From Armatimonadota bacterium (GTDB taxonomy: Bacteria; Sysuimicrobiota; Sysuimicrobiia; Sysuimicrobiales; Humicultoraceae), in the NCBI GenBank assembly GCA_052386995.1, contig JBQTJP010000067.1, forward strand, positions 1 through 50,801: a stretch of 50,801 bases of DNA, read 5' to 3'. The stretch's first letter is position 1; every line of letters begins with the position of its first letter. The notes beneath the pieces were generated by a model that ran no database searches, was not told the DNA's origin, and saw only the letters and a list, made by a program, of their open reading frames with translations. Made by a program: the position numbers and the translations under genes. Shown one piece after another: positions 9,208 through 19,323 of the stretch.

Positions 9208-10305
9208 ATGGCGGTTGCGGATGACATCCGGATGATGGAGGAGGCGCTGGCGCTGGCGCAGCAGGCGGCGGGCCGCACGAGTCCCAATCCGCTGGTGGGG
9301 GCGCTCGTCGTCGCGGACGGCCGCGTGGTTGGACGCGGGTTCCATCGCAAGGCCGGCACACCGCACGCTGAGGTGCTGGCATTGCGCGATGCCGGGGCGC
9401 TGGCCATGGGCTCGACGCTCTACACGACCCTCGAGCCGTGTGCGCATCTCGGTCGCACCGGTCCGTGCACCGAGGCGCTGCTCGAGGCCGGTGTTCGCCG
9501 CGTCGTCGCGGCGATGATCGATCCCGACGCAGAAGTTAATGGGCGAGGGCTCGCCAGGCTGCGCACGGCTGGTCTCTCGGTCGAGGTCGGCGTCCTGGAG
9601 GCGCAGGCCAGACGGGTGAACGAGTTCTACATCAAACACCGCCGGACCGGCCTGCCGTTCGTGACACTGAAGTGGGCGATGAGCCTGGACGGCAAGATCG
9701 GCGCGGACCGCGAAAGCGCCACCGCCATCACCGGCGACGATGCCCGGCGGTACGCGCACGAACTGCGCAACGTGTACGACGCGGTGCTGATCGGGGTGCA
9801 GACGGTGCTGGCCGATGACCCGCGACTGACCTGCCGCCTGCCGGGGGGCCGCGACCCGCTGCGCGTGATCGTGGACTCGCGCCTCCGCACGCCGCCATCG
9901 GCCCGCGTCGTGGCGTCTTCGCCGGCACAGACCATCATCGTCACGACCGCGGCGGCGCCGCGCGACCGGATCGAGGCTCTTCGGCGTGCCGGTGTCGAGG
10001 TACTCACGCAGGACCACGGCGCGGAGCGCGTTCGACTGCGACCGTTGCTCGAAGAGCTTGGGCGGCGTGGCATCCTCAGCGTTCTAATCGAGGGCGGCGG
10101 CACCGTGAACGCCTCCGCGCTCGCCGAGGGCATCGCCGACAAAGTCATTGCCCTGATCGCCCCGCGGCTGATCGGCGGCGCTCAGGCGCCGACGCCCGTC
10201 GACGGCGCCGGCCTCAGCGGGCTCGAGGGGGCGATAGGCTTGCGCGACGTCCGCGTGCTCAGTCTCGGCGCGGATCTGGCCGTCGAGGCGTACGTGGCCG
10301 GCTGA
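9208..10305 (+). CDS. ribD: Riboflavin biosynthesis deaminase/reductase
   Basis: SPNPLVGA, HAE, TLEPC..C, SLDGKI, IEGGG motifs. Confidence 0.96.
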   Translation: MAVADDIRMMEEALALAQQAAGRTSPNPLVGALVVADGRVVGRGFHRKAGTPHAEVLALRDAGALAMGSTLYTTLEPCAHLGRTGPCTEALLEAGVRRVVAAMIDPDAEVNGRGLARLRTAGLSVEVGVLEAQARRVNEFYIKHRRTGLPFVTLKWAMSLDGKIGADRESATAITGDDARRYAHELRNVYDAVLIGVQTVLADDPRLTCRLPGGRDPLRVIVDSRLRTPPSARVVASSPAQTIIVTTAAAPRDRIEALRRAGVEVLTQDHGAERVRLRPLLEELGRRGILSVLIEGGGTVNASALAEGIADKVIALIAPRLIGGAQAPTPVDGAGLSGLEGAIGLRDVRVLSLGADLAVEAYVAG

Positions 10306-10907
10306 TGTTCACCGGGATCATCGAAGGGCTCGGCCAGGTGGCGTCGCTGGACGCCGCGGCGGCCGGCACGCGCCTCGTGATCCGCTCCGGTGACGTGCTC
10401 AACGGCGCGCGCGTGGGCGAGAGCATTGCCGTCAACGGCGCGTGCCTGACGGTCACGGACCTCCGGGACGGCGAGTTCGCGGCCGACTTGTCGGCGGAAA
10501 CGCTCCGCCGCACGACGCTGGGGAGTCTGCGCCCGGGCGATCCTGTCAACCTGGAGCGCCCGCTGCGGTTGGACCAGCGTCTCGGCGGGCATCTGGTGCA
10601 GGGGCATGTTGACGGCATCGGCAGGATCACGGCACTGAAGCCGGATGGAGGGGGCACGTGGATGGAGATCGCGCCCCCAGGCAGGCTGATGCGCTATCTT
10701 GCCGAGAAGGGCTCGGTCGCCATCGACGGGGTCAGCGTGACGGTTGCCGTAATCCACGGCGACGCTCGGTTTGCGGTAGCTCTGATCCCGCACACGCTCT
10801 CGGTCACCACGCTCGGCCGGCGGTCCTGCGGCGGCGACGTCAACATCGAGGTCGATGTCCTGTCCAAATACGTCGAACGGCTCCTGAGAGGGGCGCGCGG
10901 ACAATGA
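10305..10907 (+). CDS. ribE: Riboflavin synthase (alpha)
   Basis: MFTGII N-terminus, SIAVNGACLTV, GGHLVQGHVDG. Confidence 0.96.
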   Translation: MFTGIIEGLGQVASLDAAAAGTRLVIRSGDVLNGARVGESIAVNGACLTVTDLRDGEFAADLSAETLRRTTLGSLRPGDPVNLERPLRLDQRLGGHLVQGHVDGIGRITALKPDGGGTWMEIAPPGRLMRYLAEKGSVAIDGVSVTVAVIHGDARFAVALIPHTLSVTTLGRRSCGGDVNIEVDVLSKYVERLLRGARGQ

Positions 10908-12130
10908 TCGAGCGAGATGAGATCGCGGTGCGCGGGCTGGCTACGGTCGCCGAGGCGGTAGAGGAGATCCGCGCCGGGCGAATGCTGATCGTTGTGGATG
11001 ATGAGGATCGCGAGAACGAAGGCGATCTGCTCATGGCCGGCGAGTGTGCGACGCCGGAGGCCATCAACTTCATGATCACCCACGCGCGCGGGCTCGTGTT
11101 CGTGCCCATGGCCGCCGAGCGGTGCGAGGCGCTGCGCCTGCCCCTGATGGTGACCGAGAACACCGCTCGTCACGGCACGGCATTCACAGTCTCAGTGGAT
11201 GCCCGCAGCGGCGGTACCGGCGTCTCGGCCCACGATCGTGCGCTGACCGTCCGCCTGCTGGCCGACCCGACGACGAAGCCTGAGGATCTCCTGCGTCCCG
11301 GCCACGTGTTTCCCCTGCGCGCGGTGACAGGCGGCGTCTTGCGGCGCGCCGGGCACACCGAGGCGGTGGTGGATCTGGCGCGGCTCGCGGGCCTGCAGCC
11401 GGTTGGCGTCGCGTGCGAGATCGTCCACGATGACGGCACGATGGCGCGTCTACCCGAGCTGCGCCTGTTCGCGCTGCGTCACGGACTGAAGATCATGACG
11501 GTGCGCGATCTGATTCGTCATCGCCTGCAGCGCGATCCGTTCGTCCGCCGGGAAGGTCAGACCCGCCTGCCCACGGCCTTCGGGGAGTTCACGGCGATCG
11601 TCTACGAGAACACGCTCGACGGATCCAACCATCTGGCTTTGATGAAAGGTGTGGTGGATGACGGAACGCCGGTGCTCGTGCGCATGCACTCGGAATGCCT
11701 TACCGGGGAGGTCTTTGGGTCGCTACGCTGCGACTGCCGCGAGCAGCTGCATGCCGCGATGCGCGCGATCGAGCGCGAGGGCAGGGGTGCCATCGTCTAC
11801 ATCCGCCAAGAAGGGCGGGGGATTGGCCTTCAGAACAAGATCAAAGCCTACGCGCTGCAGGATCTCGGCAGCGACACGGTCGAGGCCAACGAGCTCCTCG
11901 GGTTTCCTCCAGATCCGCGCGACTACGGGATCGGCGCCCAGATACTCGCCGACCTGGGCCTGCGTCAGATCCGGCTGCTGACGAACAACCCGCAGAAGCG
12001 CGCCGGCCTGGAAGGATATGGTATTCATGTGGTCGAGCGCGTGCCGCTGGAGGTTCCGCCCAACCGAGAGAACTACGCCTACCTGAAGGCGAAGCGCCAC
12101 CGCCTGGGGCATCTGCTCGACATTGAGTAA
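10904..12130 (+). CDS. ribBA: DHBP synthase / GTP cyclohydrolase II
   Basis: DDEDRENEGD, RAGHTEA, RMHSECLTG, CDC, QEGRGIG, LTNNP. Confidence 0.97.
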   Translation: MIERDEIAVRGLATVAEAVEEIRAGRMLIVVDDEDRENEGDLLMAGECATPEAINFMITHARGLVFVPMAAERCEALRLPLMVTENTARHGTAFTVSVDARSGGTGVSAHDRALTVRLLADPTTKPEDLLRPGHVFPLRAVTGGVLRRAGHTEAVVDLARLAGLQPVGVACEIVHDDGTMARLPELRLFALRHGLKIMTVRDLIRHRLQRDPFVRREGQTRLPTAFGEFTAIVYENTLDGSNHLALMKGVVDDGTPVLVRMHSECLTGEVFGSLRCDCREQLHAAMRAIEREGRGAIVYIRQEGRGIGLQNKIKAYALQDLGSDTVEANELLGFPPDPRDYGIGAQILADLGLRQIRLLTNNPQKRAGLEGYGIHVVERVPLEVPPNRENYAYLKAKRHRLGHLLDIE

Positions 12131-12156
12131 CGTCAGCCTCGTCGCGTGATCCGGCC

Positions 12157-12615
12157 GTGACCGTCTTCCGCGGCAGCGACGACGCGACGGGGCTCATCTT
12201 TGCAATCGTTGTGGCCCGGTACAACGAGTACATCACACAGCGACTGCTGGACGGGGCGCAGCGCGTCCTGGCCGCGGGCAGCGCGGCCGCCGTCGACGTG
12301 GCATGGGTGCCCGGGTCGCTGGAGATCCCCCTCGTCGCGCAGCGGCTGGCGCGCACAGGCCGGTACGCGGCCATCATCTGCCTGGGGTGCGTGATCAAAG
12401 GTGAGACGCGGCACTTCGATCTCGTAGCCGAGAACGCGGCGGCGGGGCTTAGGCGCGTGGCGCTGGAGACCGGCGTGCCGGTGATCAACGAGGTCCTGGC
12501 GGTATTCGACCCGGCGCAGGCGGCCGCGCGGGCGGGGGACAAGGTCAATCGCGGTGAGGAGGCGGCGCACGCCGCCATTCAGATGGCCACGCTGATGCGG
12601 GCGCTGCCGGAGTGA
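12157..12615 (+). CDS. ribH: 6,7-dimethyl-8-ribityllumazine synthase
   Basis: IVVARYN, WVPGSLEIP, LGCVIKGETRHFD. Confidence 0.95.
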   Translation: MTVFRGSDDATGLIFAIVVARYNEYITQRLLDGAQRVLAAGSAAAVDVAWVPGSLEIPLVAQRLARTGRYAAIICLGCVIKGETRHFDLVAENAAAGLRRVALETGVPVINEVLAVFDPAQAAARAGDKVNRGEEAAHAAIQMATLMRALPE

Positions 12616-14282
12616 ACCGCCCACAGCAGATCTTGCTCTTTCACCACGCTCGCGTGCACACTCACGCCGGGCCTGACGCGCGCGCCGACGCGCTCGCCGT
12701 AGCTGCCGGACGCCTGATCGGAGTTGGACGTGGCGACGAGCTGGCCGGCGCTCACCCGCGCGCCCGGACGATTGATCTGCACGGTCTCCACGTGTTCCCC
12801 GGCCTCACCGATGCTCACCTGCATTTCGTGTCGTACGGCCTCGGCTTGCTGCAGGTGGAACTGCGCGAGACGCGGTCGATTGGCGAGGCCGTGCGGCTCG
12901 TGGCGCGGTGCGTCCAGACGCTGCCGCCCGGTGCGTGGGCATTCGGTCGCGGCTGGGACAAGAACATCTGGACCGAGGATCGGTTTCCTACGCGGCACGA
13001 TCTCGATGCCGCCACACCCGCGCATCCGGTGGTGTTGAGCAGCAAGGACGGGCACCTGCTCTGGGTCAACACCGTGGCGCTGCGTCTGGCCGGCCTGACG
13101 CGCCAGACGCCCGATCCACCCGGCGGCGCGATCGGTCGCGATCTTGCCGGTGAACCGGACGGTATTCTCAAGGAGGAAGCGAAGGCGCTCATCCACCGGG
13201 TGATACCGCCGCCGACGGACGAGATGCGTGAGCAGGCGGTGCGCGCGGCCTCCGCGGAATTCCACCGGCTGGGGCTGACTGGCGTCCACGCGTTCACCGG
13301 CTCGAGCGATGAGGGCACCGCGCAATTTGACGCGCTGCAGCGCGTTCACGATCGCGGTGAGCTGGCCATCCGCGTGACGGCGACCGTCCCCGATCGTCTG
13401 CTCGACGCGGCGGTCCAGGCGGGCCTGCGCACGGGTGCAGGCGACGCGATGCTTCGGGTCGGCGCCCTGAAGATCTTCGCCGACGGCACGCTGGGCTCTC
13501 AGACCGCGAGCATGCTCGAACCCTTCGACGGCCAGCCCGGCAATTTCGGCATCCGTGTCCGCACGCCGGAGGAGATTGACGACCTCGTTCGACGCGCGAC
13601 GGACGCGGGACTGTGGTGCGCGATCCATGCGATCGGCGACCGCGCCAACCGCGACGTGCTCGACATCTTTGAGCGGCACCTCGACGCTTCGCGCCGCGCG
13701 GGCGCGCGCCACCGGATCGAGCACGTGCAGTTGCTGCACCCGGAGGACGCGCCGCGCTTCGCCCGCCTCGGCGTCACCGCCTCGATGCAGCCGATTCACG
13801 CGACCGCCGACCGTGACATCGCCGAGCGGTACTGGAGCGCGCGGGCGCGCTGGTCGTACGCATGGCAGTCGCTGACGCAACACGGCGCGCTGCTGGCGTT
13901 TGGGTCGGACGCGCCGGTCGAGACGCCCGACCCGTGGCGGGGTCTCTTTGCCGCGGTGACACGGAAGCGCGAGGGGGAGCCTGACGGCCGGTCCTGGTAT
14001 CCCGACGAGTGCCTGACGCTCGAGCAGGCCTTTCGCGCCTATACGCTGGGCACCGCGTACGCCGCGGGCACCGAGGCCTGGCAGGGAGCGTTAGAGGAAG
14101 GCAAAGTCGCCGATTTTATCGTGCTTGACCGCGATCCGTACGAAGCCGGGTCCGAGGACCTCTTGAGCATTCGAGTCCTCGCGACGGTGGTTGACGGTCG
14201 CGTGAGGTACTCGACCGGCGCTCTGGCCGGGCTTCAGGCCCGAAGCGCACGACTAGGGCATCGCCTGATGCCTCCCCGATGA
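12612..14282 (+). CDS. Amidohydrolase 3 (YtcJ-like)
   Basis: PGLTDAHLH, KIFADGTLGS, HAIGDRAN, RIEHVQ, GSDAPVE. Confidence 0.9.
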   Translation: MNRPQQILLFHHARVHTHAGPDARADALAVAAGRLIGVGRGDELAGAHPRARTIDLHGLHVFPGLTDAHLHFVSYGLGLLQVELRETRSIGEAVRLVARCVQTLPPGAWAFGRGWDKNIWTEDRFPTRHDLDAATPAHPVVLSSKDGHLLWVNTVALRLAGLTRQTPDPPGGAIGRDLAGEPDGILKEEAKALIHRVIPPPTDEMREQAVRAASAEFHRLGLTGVHAFTGSSDEGTAQFDALQRVHDRGELAIRVTATVPDRLLDAAVQAGLRTGAGDAMLRVGALKIFADGTLGSQTASMLEPFDGQPGNFGIRVRTPEEIDDLVRRATDAGLWCAIHAIGDRANRDVLDIFERHLDASRRAGARHRIEHVQLLHPEDAPRFARLGVTASMQPIHATADRDIAERYWSARARWSYAWQSLTQHGALLAFGSDAPVETPDPWRGLFAAVTRKREGEPDGRSWYPDECLTLEQAFRAYTLGTAYAAGTEAWQGALEEGKVADFIVLDRDPYEAGSEDLLSIRVLATVVDGRVRYSTGALAGLQARSARLGHRLMPPR

Positions 14283-14418
14283 ACTCTGTCCGGACCGAGT
14301 TCGAACTCGGGCCAGATCTTGTCCCGATGCGCGATGCTGCACGCCCTTACTCACCAGTCGAAAGGTTTGAGAGCCATAGGACGAAGAGGCCGTCGCCGAG
14401 GACGAGGCGGACAGCGAC

Positions 14419-14814
14419 TCAGACCCAGCTCACCGCTCGAAGGCCAGGGATTCGTAGGAAGTGCTTCGGATTGTGCGTGACCAAGATCAGGCCCAGAGCC
14501 ACCGCATGGGCACCGATGAGGGCATCGAAGCCACCGATAGGCGTCCCACGGCGAGCCAACAAGGCGGCGACGGCCCCGAAACGGTCCGCCGCACTCTCGT
14601 CGAAAGGCGCAATCGTAACACTCTCAACGAAGATATCAATGAGCCGATGCAGCCTGCGAGAGCGCCTCATCCCCGCGCCGTACCGCAACTCTCCAAGCGT
14701 GATCGAGCTCATGCAGAGCTCAGAAGGCTGATGGTCGAGCAGGCGAGTTGCCACCTGCCCATGGCCGCGGAGAGCAAAGCTCACGGTATCCGTATCAAGC
14801 ATGTAGTCCGGCAT
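14419..14814 (-). CDS. vapC: VapC PIN-domain toxin
   Basis: YMLDTDTVS, ITLGEL, DALIGAHA, LVTHNPKHF; TGATG coupling to vapB. Confidence 0.92.
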   Translation of the reverse strand: MPDYMLDTDTVSFALRGHGQVATRLLDHQPSELCMSSITLGELRYGAGMRRSRRLHRLIDIFVESVTIAPFDESAADRFGAVAALLARRGTPIGGFDALIGAHAVALGLILVTHNPKHFLRIPGLRAVSWV

Positions 14815-15056
14815 CAAGCGAAGGGATCCCGCAGGTCAGCGATCTGTGGCTGCTTGGGACGCGAAATCTCCTTGGACCAGGCACCCAGGCAGGTGCGAAA
14901 CTTCTCAGGCCACTCGTCCACTGGCTCAAGGATCACCTGCCGCCCCTGCCGACGCACGAGGACCTCGCGCCGGTCGTCAGGAAAGCGGCACTCTTTTGGT
15001 AAGCGCACGGCTTGACTTCCGCCGTTCCGGAACAACTTGGCTCGCGCGTTCTTCAT
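14814..15056 (-). CDS. vapB: VapB antitoxin (AbrB/MazE fold)
   Basis: AKLFRNGGSQAVRLPKECRF. Confidence 0.92.
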   Translation of the reverse strand: MKNARAKLFRNGGSQAVRLPKECRFPDDRREVLVRRQGRQVILEPVDEWPEKFRTCLGAWSKEISRPKQPQIADLRDPFA

Positions 15057-15062
15057 AGCAAT

Positions 15063-15091
15063 AGTCTATACTGAGGTATATACGCTGTCAA
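15063..15091 (-). promoter_or_regulatory. vapBC promoter with operator palindrome; leaderless start
   Basis: TTGACA-17-TAGACT ends 6 nt before the ATG; imperfect palindrome GTCTATAC-TGAG-GTATATAC overlaps the spacer and -10. Confidence 0.75.
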
Positions 15092-15216
15092 GGCCAACTT
15101 TGGATCTCTTGTGAAGTCCTGCTGAAATGTAACGTCACAGGGGCGGGCTCGGTGTACGGCGAATGCGGCTCGCGGTCGCATTTGTCATGGGCGGCGGGCC
15201 CAGGGAGGTATTCTGG

Positions 15217-15984
15217 TTGAAAGATACCGTGCTGCTCGAAGAGATGTCGTGGCCGGACGTGCAGGCTGCGCTGGATTCCGGTGTCCGCACGATGATCATC
15301 GTGACGGCGTCGATGGAGCAGCACGGGCCGCATCTTCCCACCATGACCGACACGGCCATTGGGCACGCGGTCGGCGAGCGCCTCGCACGCCGGCTCGGGA
15401 AGGCGCTCATGGCGCCGGTGATCCGGCCCGCGTGCTCAGACCACCACCTGGCGTTTCCTGGCAGCCTGTCGATCCCGACCGACGTGTTCATCGAGACCGT
15501 GATCGCGTATGTGAGATCGCTCGCGCCGCACGGCTTCCAGACGTTCATCTTGATGTCCTCGCACGGCGGAAACTTTGGCCCACTGGAAGTGGCGGCGCGG
15601 CGCCTGCGGGAAGAGTATGAGCCCAAGGGCGTGCGCATCGTGGCGTTCGCGGGCACGAACGATCTGCGCGACCTGATGCGCGTCATGGTCGACACCGCGG
15701 CCGGGCTCGGCGCGCCGCAGGACGTGGACGTCATCCATGCCGAGGCGACGGAGACCTCGATCATGATGGTGCGCCATCCTCACATGGTGGCGGCCGACCG
15801 GCTCGAGCGGGGATTTCTGGGTCGGAGCGATCCTCAGGAAGTCTTCCGGCGCGGGATGCGAGCGATCACGCCCAACGGGATCTTCGGAGACGCGCGGCTC
15901 GCGACGCGTGAGATCGGCGAGGCACTCTTAGAGCGCCTGACAGACTACTACGCCGCGGCCGTGCGTCAGCGGCTAGGGCAGTAG
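15217..15984 (+). CDS. Creatininase family protein
   Basis: EQHGPHLP..TD, SDHH.AFPGSL, SHGGN, HAEATETS; TTG start after GGGAGG. Confidence 0.9.
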   Translation: MKDTVLLEEMSWPDVQAALDSGVRTMIIVTASMEQHGPHLPTMTDTAIGHAVGERLARRLGKALMAPVIRPACSDHHLAFPGSLSIPTDVFIETVIAYVRSLAPHGFQTFILMSSHGGNFGPLEVAARRLREEYEPKGVRIVAFAGTNDLRDLMRVMVDTAAGLGAPQDVDVIHAEATETSIMMVRHPHMVAADRLERGFLGRSDPQEVFRRGMRAITPNGIFGDARLATREIGEALLERLTDYYAAAVRQRLGQ

Positions 15985-16342
15985 CGCGTCAATACTGAAG
16001 GGGCTGCGCTTCGTCCTCGGGCGTGTCGTAGTGATCGCCCCGAGGAATGGCACGGTGCCCGCAGATCGAGCACTCGTACCACACATGCTCAGGCATGTGC
16101 ATGTGATAGCGCAGTTCCATGACGGTTTCACAATTGGGGCAGCACAGTTCCTGCGCCATAGCCATCGCCTTTGCCTTCGTAGTCTGCGGTGCTTCGGGTT
16201 CGTCCCCTCACGACCAGGTTCCTGCCGCCGGCGGGCGACACCGTCCGTGACGGCGAGGAAACACGGCGTGCTGCTCGAATACATATGCCGCCCAACGGAC
16301 ACACTACTGCACCAGCGATCATCTCGGGATACGGAGGATGTC

Positions 16343-16894
16343 ATGGGAACCACGGGACGTGCGGTTGTCGATCTCGACACGGGCGCGCTCGTCGCTGAGC
16401 TGCGGCGGGGAATGCTCATGGAGCTGCAGGTCTTCTACTCGCTGTGGATGATCGCCATCGTGGCAGAGGGGTTCCACGGTGAAGAGCTCATCGAGCACTT
16501 CAAGGCCGATGCGGTCGAAGAACTGGGGCACGCCGAGAAATTGGCCAACCGCATTCTCGAGCTCGGCGGGAACCCCGTCGTTGATCCGGCCGACTGGGCC
16601 GCGGGCGCAGGGGGCCCATGGCTCGCCCCGCGCAGGGATTTCAGCGACGCCGACGGGATGGTCGCGGATCAGATCAAGGCAGAGGCCGCCGCGATCCAGC
16701 ATTACAACAACATCGCCAAGATGACTTTTGGGAAAGACCCGGTGACCTACAATCTCATCACCGAGCTCTTGGCCGACGAGGTCGGACACGAGGAGTTCCT
16801 CGAGAACTTGCTCGGACGCAAAGGCGCACGCGCGCACGGCCACCGAAGCCGGTCGGGCCGGCGTGGGCGCTCTAAAGCCGCAAAGAAACGCTAG
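16343..16894 (+). CDS. Ferritin-like / Dps-like (DpsL/bacterioferritin-type) protein with basic C-terminal tail
   Basis: [18 protein letters not shown] and DEVGHEE di-iron ExxH motifs; SD GGAGG. Confidence 0.85.
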   Translation: MGTTGRAVVDLDTGALVAELRRGMLMELQVFYSLWMIAIVAEGFHGEELIEHFKADAVEELGHAEKLANRILELGGNPVVDPADWAAGAGGPWLAPRRDFSDADGMVADQIKAEAAAIQHYNNIAKMTFGKDPVTYNLITELLADEVGHEEFLENLLGRKGARAHGHRSRSGRRGRSKAAKKR

Positions 16895-17514
16895 CGGACG
16901 CTGACCTTTCGCGCTTTGTCGTACCGCGCGGCGACTTCGGTCCAGTTGACCACGTTCCACCAGGCCGGCAGGTAGTCGGCGCGCCGGTTCTGGTACTTTA
17001 AATAGTAGGCGTGTTCCCACACGTCGACGCCGAGGACAGGCTGTTGTCCGGCCGAGAGCGGAGTATCCTGGTTCGGCGTGCTTGTGACGGCCAGCTTGCC
17101 GTCCTTGTCCAAGACGAGCCACGCCCAACCGCTGCCGAACCGCGCCAGCCCCGCCGCATTGACCGCTTCCTTCAGTTTGTCGACCGAGCCGAACGTCGAG
17201 GTAATGGCAGACGCCAGCCCTCCACCCAGGGCTCCGCCACCAGGCTTCATGATCTCCCAGAACATCGTGTGGTTGTAGTGGCCACCGCCGTTGTTCCGAA
17301 CCGCCATCCTGATGTTCTCGGGGATCGCGTCCAGATTCGACAGCAGCTCCTCGATGGTCTTCGAGGCGAGGTTGGCCGCGCTCTCGAGGGCTTTGTTCAG
17401 ATTGGTGACGTAGGTGCCGTGATGCTTGTCGTGGTGGATCCGCATCGTCTGTTCGTCGACATGCGGCTCGAGGGCATTGTACGGGTAGGGCAACGGGGGC
17501 AGTTCGAACGCCAT
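16891..17514 (-). CDS. sodA: Superoxide dismutase (Mn-type signature)
   Basis: [43 protein letters not shown]. Confidence 0.96.
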   Translation of the reverse strand: MAFELPPLPYPYNALEPHVDEQTMRIHHDKHHGTYVTNLNKALESAANLASKTIEELLSNLDAIPENIRMAVRNNGGGHYNHTMFWEIMKPGGGALGGGLASAITSTFGSVDKLKEAVNAAGLARFGSGWAWLVLDKDGKLAVTSTPNQDTPLSAGQQPVLGVDVWEHAYYLKYQNRRADYLPAWWNVVNWTEVAARYDKARKVSVR

Positions 17515-17573
17515 GGGTAATCCTCCCTCCTGGGTTGAAGCGAGTCTTCGCCCTGGTCTCCAGTGGCACCTTC

Positions 17574-17599
17574 TTACCCGGGGCCGCCGGCGGCCAAAC
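17574..17599 (-). promoter_or_regulatory. SigB/SigF-type promoter of sodA
   Basis: GTTT-N16-GGGTAA. Confidence 0.65.
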
Positions 17600-17675
17600 G
17601 CGCCCGTGGAGCGCACCCCCTGGGGGCTAAACCTTCCATCTTGGGCAGGTGTTACAATGACGGCTGGAGACGCGC

Positions 17676-18230
17676 GTGGACGCTGAAGACCTGAGGCTCG
17701 TAGAAGCCTTTCGGCGCGGGGAAGAGAGCGCCTTTACCGCGCTTGTCATCAAGTATCGGGAAGGCGTCTACCGGGTCGCCCGCCGCATGCTGACCAACCA
17801 CGAGGACGCGGCCGACGCCACCCAAGAAGTGTTCATCCGCGTCTACCGCGCGCTGCCACGCTTCGACGGAAGGTCGGCGGTCTATACCTGGCTCTACCGC
17901 ATCACCGTGAACCTCTGCCTCGATGTCCGCGGCCGGATGGCCCGGTTGCCGCTTGCCGACCACGAGAGTGCGGCGGACGCCGTGCCTGGCGGCCCAATGA
18001 TCGAAGACGAGACCCAGGGCCGCGAGGTCGGCCGTCTGGTGGCGCACGCGGTCAGCGGCCTGCCGCCGCGTCAGCGCGCGATGGTGGTCCTTCGGCTGTA
18101 TCAGGATCTGCCCTACGTGGACATCGCCCGGATCATGGGCTGCTCCGAGGGCACGGTGAAGGCGACGATGTTCGCGGCGTTGCGGAAGCTGCGCAGCGCG
18201 CTGGCGGCGCAGGGGGTAGGCGCACCATGA
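17676..18230 (+). CDS. ECF sigma factor
   Basis: [23 protein letters not shown], region 4 [13 protein letters not shown]. Confidence 0.92.
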   Translation: MDAEDLRLVEAFRRGEESAFTALVIKYREGVYRVARRMLTNHEDAADATQEVFIRVYRALPRFDGRSAVYTWLYRITVNLCLDVRGRMARLPLADHESAADAVPGGPMIEDETQGREVGRLVAHAVSGLPPRQRAMVVLRLYQDLPYVDIARIMGCSEGTVKATMFAALRKLRSALAAQGVGAP

Positions 18231-18745
18231 GGCTGCGGTGTCAGGACGTGCTCGAACGCCTGATCGAAGGGGCCACCGGGTCGATCCCGCCCGCGGAGCG
18301 GGCGCCCGTCCTCGAGCATCTGGCGACCTGCGCCACGTGTCGCGGGGAAGCGGCGGAGATCGAAGCCACGATCGCGCGGCTGCGTGCGTCCGGGGGATTC
18401 AGCGTGCCTCCAGGGTTCTGGGCCGACTTCATGGCCACGCTCGAGCGCGGACTGGCCCACGAGCGGATGCCGGTGCTGCTGCGCATCCGCCGGGCGCTGG
18501 CGACCCCGCGATACGCGTGGGGCACGGCCGTGGCCACACTCGCGGCCGTCCTCGTGATCTCGACCACGGTCCGTCTTGGGCCGCGGCCAGTCGCCGAGTC
18601 CGATCCGGTTCGCGCGGACGCGCGCGGACTGCTGACCCGGACGATGCGGACGACGCTGCCGTCGCTGAGTGAGATGATTGACGTCTGGAGCGCCGGCGTC
18701 ACGGCGCTGCCCAATGCGTTTGACGGAACGGCGGAGAGTCAGTAG
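18227..18745 (+). CDS. Zinc-binding anti-sigma factor (zf-HC2) with TM helix
   Basis: HLATCATC (HxxxCxxC), TM segment, coupled to the ECF sigma gene. Confidence 0.85.
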   Translation: MRLRCQDVLERLIEGATGSIPPAERAPVLEHLATCATCRGEAAEIEATIARLRASGGFSVPPGFWADFMATLERGLAHERMPVLLRIRRALATPRYAWGTAVATLAAVLVISTTVRLGPRPVAESDPVRADARGLLTRTMRTTLPSLSEMIDVWSAGVTALPNAFDGTAESQ

Positions 18746-18747
18746 CG

Positions 18748-19233
18748 ATGCGTACGCTGGCGGGTGTTGTCTTGATCACCACGCTCGCGCTGGCCCTGCC
18801 CGCGGTTGGACAAGAGCCGCAGGCGCCCCGCGGCGAGCGGATCATCGAGGCGATGCTCATCTGGCGCCTCGTGGACGAGCTCGATCTCAACGAGGGACAG
18901 ATCGCGCGGATCTTCCCTCGGATCAAAGCCCTGAAAGAGATCCGGCTCGAGATGGGCCGCCGCGCGCCTCCCCTCACGCGCGAAATTCGTCAGCTCATCG
19001 CGCAGGCCCCGCGCGACGATGACGCGATCCGCATCAAGGTGACCGAACTCAACATGATGCGGTTTCAGATGGAGGCACGCCGGAGGCGCCAGTTGCAGCT
19101 CATCGCGTCGGTGCTGACCGTCGAGCAGATGGGCAAGTTCACCCTCATCCAGGAATCGTTCGAGACCGAGACCCTGCGCCTGCTTCAGGAAATGCGGCGC
19201 ATCGTCGAAGACCAGCTTCCTCCTCGCCGCTAG
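18748..19233 (+). CDS. Exported helical Spy/CpxP-like protein
   Basis: Signal peptide, LDLNEGQ and VLTVEQ (LTxxQ-like) motifs; third gene of the ECF cassette. Confidence 0.65.
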   Translation: MRTLAGVVLITTLALALPAVGQEPQAPRGERIIEAMLIWRLVDELDLNEGQIARIFPRIKALKEIRLEMGRRAPPLTREIRQLIAQAPRDDDAIRIKVTELNMMRFQMEARRRRQLQLIASVLTVEQMGKFTLIQESFETETLRLLQEMRRIVEDQLPPRR

Positions 19234-19323
19234 CGCGTTTCCCCGGTCAGCGCCATCTTGAGCGGCCCGGCGTCTGCCGCACAGGAGACGGCCGCCCCCG
19301 CGGTGTATCCCAACAACTGCCTG

